A stretch of 32,000 nt of DNA, from positions 450,001 through 482,000 of the forward strand of contig NC_008578.1 in NCBI RefSeq assembly GCF_000015025.1, in the 5' to 3' direction. The translations under genes were made by a program, and so were the position numbers. The notes under the pieces were generated by a model. The model worked only from the letters and a program-made list of their open reading frames with translations, did not search any database and was not told the DNA's origin. This document shows, piece by piece, positions 28,969 to 32,000 of the stretch. Numbering within the stretch: position 1 is the first letter of the stretch; every line of letters starts with the position of its first letter. The stretch is from Acidothermus cellulolyticus 11B. Its GTDB lineage: Bacteria > Actinomycetota > Actinomycetes > Acidothermales > Acidothermaceae.

Positions 28969-30194
28969 CGGCCCTCCCGGCGCACCTCGCTGAACAGCCG
29001 CACGTACGCCTCGGCCACCTGCCGGGGTGTCGCCGCCTTTTCGATGAACGTCCGGCCGGCGGCGCCCATCACGGCCGCCCGCTGCGGATCCTCGACGAGA
29101 GCGCGGATCGCGGCGACGAAAGCTTTCTCGTCGTCCGGTGGTACGGCGATTCCCGCACCGGAGTCGTGAACGATCCGCGCCACTTCGCTGCCCTCATCGA
29201 CACTGGCCACCACCGGCCGGGCGGCGGCAAGAATCGAATACGTCTTCGACGGAACGCTGGAGCGGGCCAGTCCCTTCTTCAACGGGACGACGTGAATGTC
29301 CGCGGCGGCCAACACCTCGGGCAGCCGTTCGACCGGCTGCAACGGCACGAACCGAATGTTCGGCAGACCGTCCGCCAGGCGCTGCCAGTCGGGGAGAGTC
29401 GAACCGGTTCCGTTGACGACGAAGACGACGTCGTCGCGGTCGCGAAAATCACGGGCGGCGGCGATGAGCAAATCCAGCGATTGCGACATGCCGACGTTCC
29501 CGGCGTACATGACGACGGTCTTCCCCGCAAGCCCGTACTCGCGGCGGTACGAATTCTCCCGCTCCCCGGGCGTGATTCCCGCGACGTCCACGAAATTCGG
29601 GATGACGTGCACCCGCCTCGGATCCCGTACCTTGGCGGCGATGTTGGCGCGCATGTCCTCCGACAGCACGGTGACGGCGGCGCATCGGGCGTACGACCAG
29701 CGTTCCAGCGCGGCGGCGGCGCGGATGAGCGCCGGATTGCGCAGCAATCCCAGTTCGACCGCCACATCCGGAAAAACATCCTGCACATTAAGGACGAGCG
29801 GACACCGCCGGGCAAGGGACGCCAGCCATCCGGTCGCCGCCATCGGCAACGGCGGTGTCATCGCGAAAGCGACATCCAGGCGGCCGCCGATGCTCGCTGC
29901 GACGGCGGAAAGGCCGCAGAACGCGGCAAAACCAAGCGCACGCTTCGGGATGTTCCGTTTGTCGGCCGTCGGGAACGGATACACCCGGGTGACCGAACCC
30001 CACGGCCGCCACTGCCGGTGCACGACACGGCCGCGCCACTCCGGCTCGACCGCGTGCCGCTCGTACCAGGGCAGTGACGTCACGACGTGGATGTCGTGAC
30101 CAAGTCCGCCGATTTCCTCGATGAGCCGGGCGGCGATGATGCCGGTGGGTGCGACGTCCGGCACGAAATGCGGTACGACGGCGAGGATTCTCAT
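28965..30194 (-). CDS. GT4 glycosyltransferase, WcaI/WbuB-like
   Basis: The preferred start is ATG 30194 (MRILAVVPHF), preceded by GGAG and overlapping the upstream stop (ATGA). The C-terminal-domain motif PLKKGLARSSVPSKTYSILAAARPVV is typical of the WcaI/WbuB subgroup. Confidence 0.8.
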   Translation of the reverse strand: MRILAVVPHFVPDVAPTGIIAARLIEEIGGLGHDIHVVTSLPWYERHAVEPEWRGRVVHRQWRPWGSVTRVYPFPTADKRNIPKRALGFAAFCGLSAVAASIGGRLDVAFAMTPPLPMAATGWLASLARRCPLVLNVQDVFPDVAVELGLLRNPALIRAAAALERWSYARCAAVTVLSEDMRANIAAKVRDPRRVHVIPNFVDVAGITPGERENSYRREYGLAGKTVVMYAGNVGMSQSLDLLIAAARDFRDRDDVVFVVNGTGSTLPDWQRLADGLPNIRFVPLQPVERLPEVLAAADIHVVPLKKGLARSSVPSKTYSILAAARPVVASVDEGSEVARIVHDSGAGIAVPPDDEKAFVAAIRALVEDPQRAAVMGAAGRTFIEKAATPRQVAEAYVRLFSEVRREGR

Positions 30195-31336
30195 CTCCGC
30201 TCGGCCACCTCCCGGTACACCGCCACCTGCCGGTCGACGCTGCGCGGCGCGGCGAACTCGGCCGCCCGGCGTCGGCCCGCGTCGGCGCAGCGGCACCGTT
30301 CGGCGTCGTCGTCTAGCAGTCGCTCCAGAGCGTCCGCCCAGCCGAGGATATCGTCCGGATCGACGAGCAGCCCGGCGTCACCGACCAGCTCCGGCAACGC
30401 CGCGGCCCGGGCGGCGGCCACCGGGACGCCGTGCGCCATCGCCTCCAGGACTGGCAAGCCGAAACCCTCGAAACGGGACGGAAAAGCAAGCACAGCCGCC
30501 CGCCGGTACAGTTCGACAAGGTGCGGCCGGGGCAGGTGGCCGAAGAATTTCACCTGGTCGTTGAGGCGATGCCGAGCCGCCAGCGCACGGATTTCCGATT
30601 CCGTCGACCGCGCCGACCCCCACGCCCCAGCCCCGGCGGCGCCGGTGAAAACGAGCTGCACCGCGCGGCGGTGAGCGAACCGCGCGAAAGCCTCGATGAG
30701 CACGCGGTGATTCTTGTGCGGGTAGAACGCGGCCGGATAGAGGATGAACGTCCCGACGTTGCGGAGCAACGCATCGACGGCCTCCCGGTCGGCGTCCGTC
30801 GGTTCTGGTGGGGGAAGGAGCAGCGGCGGAATGACGACGACCCGGCCCGCGGCCGGAAATGCGGCCCTGACGTGCCGGCCGGTGAACTCGCTCACCGTGC
30901 AGACTACCCGGGCCCGGCGCACCGCCCGGCCTTGCGCGGCCCGCAAATACGCGCGTTTGAGAATTGAGAAATTCCGCGGATACACCAGGTATTGCAAATC
31001 GTGAATGGTCACGACCGCCGGGACGGGCGCGGTCGGCACCAGCCCGCCGAGATGGTGGACGACGTCGAAATCCCCCGACCGGAGGCGGAGAGCGAGCCAG
31101 CTGTGCTCGACCGCGACCCGGCGGACGACGTGTCGGCCGGCGGGCAGCGGCGCGGTGATGCAATGGCGGGCGAATTCCGGGTAGCGGCCGGTGAATTCTG
31201 GCGTGGCAAAAAGCGTGAGCGCCAGGTCGTCGCGGCCGCGGAGGGCGTTGAGCAGGTCGACCGCATACCGTTCGGTGCCGCCGACCACGCCGGGCACGCA
31301 CCAGAGCAAGTTCACCGCGACGCGCAACCGGGTCAT
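30191..31336 (-). CDS. GT4 glycosyltransferase (mannosyltransferase-like)
   Basis: The signature FPSRFEGFGLPVLEAMAHGVPV is present. The N-domain is RVAVNLLWCVPGVVGGTERY. The start overlaps the upstream gene stop (ATGA at 31333-31336). Confidence 0.85.
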   Translation of the reverse strand: MTRLRVAVNLLWCVPGVVGGTERYAVDLLNALRGRDDLALTLFATPEFTGRYPEFARHCITAPLPAGRHVVRRVAVEHSWLALRLRSGDFDVVHHLGGLVPTAPVPAVVTIHDLQYLVYPRNFSILKRAYLRAAQGRAVRRARVVCTVSEFTGRHVRAAFPAAGRVVVIPPLLLPPPEPTDADREAVDALLRNVGTFILYPAAFYPHKNHRVLIEAFARFAHRRAVQLVFTGAAGAGAWGSARSTESEIRALAARHRLNDQVKFFGHLPRPHLVELYRRAAVLAFPSRFEGFGLPVLEAMAHGVPVAAARAAALPELVGDAGLLVDPDDILGWADALERLLDDDAERCRCADAGRRRAAEFAAPRSVDRQVAVYREVAERR

Positions 31337-32000
31337 CGGCCGGCCGCTTCCCGGTAGACCTGCACGGTGCGCTCCGCGGCCGTCGTCCAGGAGTACTGGG
31401 CGGCACGGCGCCGCGCTGCGTCCGACAGCTCGTCGTGCCGGTCACCCGCGGCGCTGACCAGCGCGTCCGCCAGCGCATCGACGTCCGTCGGGTCCACGAG
31501 CAGCCCCGCGCCGTCCGCGAATTCCGCCATCGCCGACCCTGCCGACGTCACCACCGGGACGCCGTGCGCCATCGCCTCCAGCACCGGCAGACCAAACCCC
31601 TCCCGCAGGGACGGATAACAGAACACCCGGGCGCCGGCGTACGCGGCATGCAGATCCGCCGCCGGCAGGAATCCCACCATCCGCACCCCGGGTGCCGGGT
31701 CGAGGTGCACCGCGCCCCACCCGGCCGGGCCGGCCAGGACGAGTTCCAGCTCGGGTATGCGCCGGCGGGCCCGCGCGAACGCCTCCAGCAGCCGTGGCAG
31801 GTTCTTGCGCGGCTCCACCGTCCCGCACCAGAGCACGTACGGGCGGGAAAGCCCATACCGGGCAAGGAAATCGCGCACCTTCGCCTCGGGAATTTCCGGG
31901 ACGGACACCCCGTGCGGCACCAGCCGCAGCTGATCCTCGGCGAAACCGGCGTCCACGCACTCGGCCCACGTCGCCCGGGACGGAACCATGACCAGGTCCG
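31333..32000 (-). CDS. GT4 glycosyltransferase, C-terminal part only (the gene continues beyond the window end); paralogous to 30191-31336
   Basis: The signature YPSLREGFGLPVLEAMAHGVPVVTS is present. The frame stays open to nt 32000, and only the C-terminal Rossmann domain is inside the window. Confidence 0.8.
   Translation of the reverse strand, partial: DLVMVPSRATWAECVDAGFAEDQLRLVPHGVSVPEIPEAKVRDFLARYGLSRPYVLWCGTVEPRKNLPRLLEAFARARRRIPELELVLAGPAGWGAVHLDPAPGVRMVGFLPAADLHAAYAGARVFCYPSLREGFGLPVLEAMAHGVPVVTSAGSAMAEFADGAGLLVDPTDVDALADALVSAAGDRHDELSDAARRRAAQYSWTTAAERTVQVYREAAGR

Noticed and set aside
28794-31478. A plus-strand 427-aa ORF (28794-30077) and a minus-strand 366-aa alternate-frame ORF (30378-31478)
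   Set aside because: They overlap GT4 genes that carry the EX7E-type signatures. They are Arg/Gly/Pro rich and show no motifs.

Overview
This is a high-GC (roughly 70% by eye), gene-dense, actinobacterial-type chromosomal window. I support 25 protein-coding genes and found no rRNA, tRNA, CRISPR array, transposase or integrase.

The window has three blocks:
- Block 1 (1-8675) is cell-envelope related. It holds a secreted GH18 hydrolase with four tandem Cys-containing repeat domains, a YihY/BrkB membrane protein, a GT2 and a GT4 glycosyltransferase. It also holds an odd 869-aa ORF that joins only the N-terminal half of a GT4 enzyme to an S-layer-like protein ending in three CWB2 cell-wall-binding repeats.
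- Block 2 (8807-19380) is a sugar-acid catabolic and uptake block. It encodes an IclR regulator, a Zn-dependent dehydrogenase, a metal-site-degenerate M24-fold protein, an unassigned 306-aa protein, an IlvD/Edd dehydratase, a three-gene ABC importer and an aldehyde dehydrogenase.
- Block 3 (19585-32000) is a second envelope-glycan block. It encodes two polyprenyl-phosphate-type GT2 enzymes, a flippase-like membrane protein, GtrA, a DUF2142-like protein and another large polytopic membrane protein. These are followed by a very clear UDP-sulfoquinovose synthase (SQD1/SqdB/Agl3 type), a hypothetical protein and three translationally coupled GT4 genes.

The most interesting signals are:
- the sulfoquinovose synthase sitting in a surface-glycan locus next to lipid-carrier-dependent extracytoplasmic glycosylation machinery and an S-layer-like protein;
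- the chimeric GT4-N/CWB2 ORF, which shows a codon-usage shift at the junction;
- a dense array of short direct and inverted repeats in the 216-nt leader upstream of the sulfoquinovose synthase gene;
- a perfect 36-bp palindrome between the ABC binding-protein and permease genes;
- the possibility that the intervening dehydratase/ALDH/ABC block handles a sulfosugar rather than an ordinary pentonate.

All functional calls come from manual motif recognition. No searches were run.
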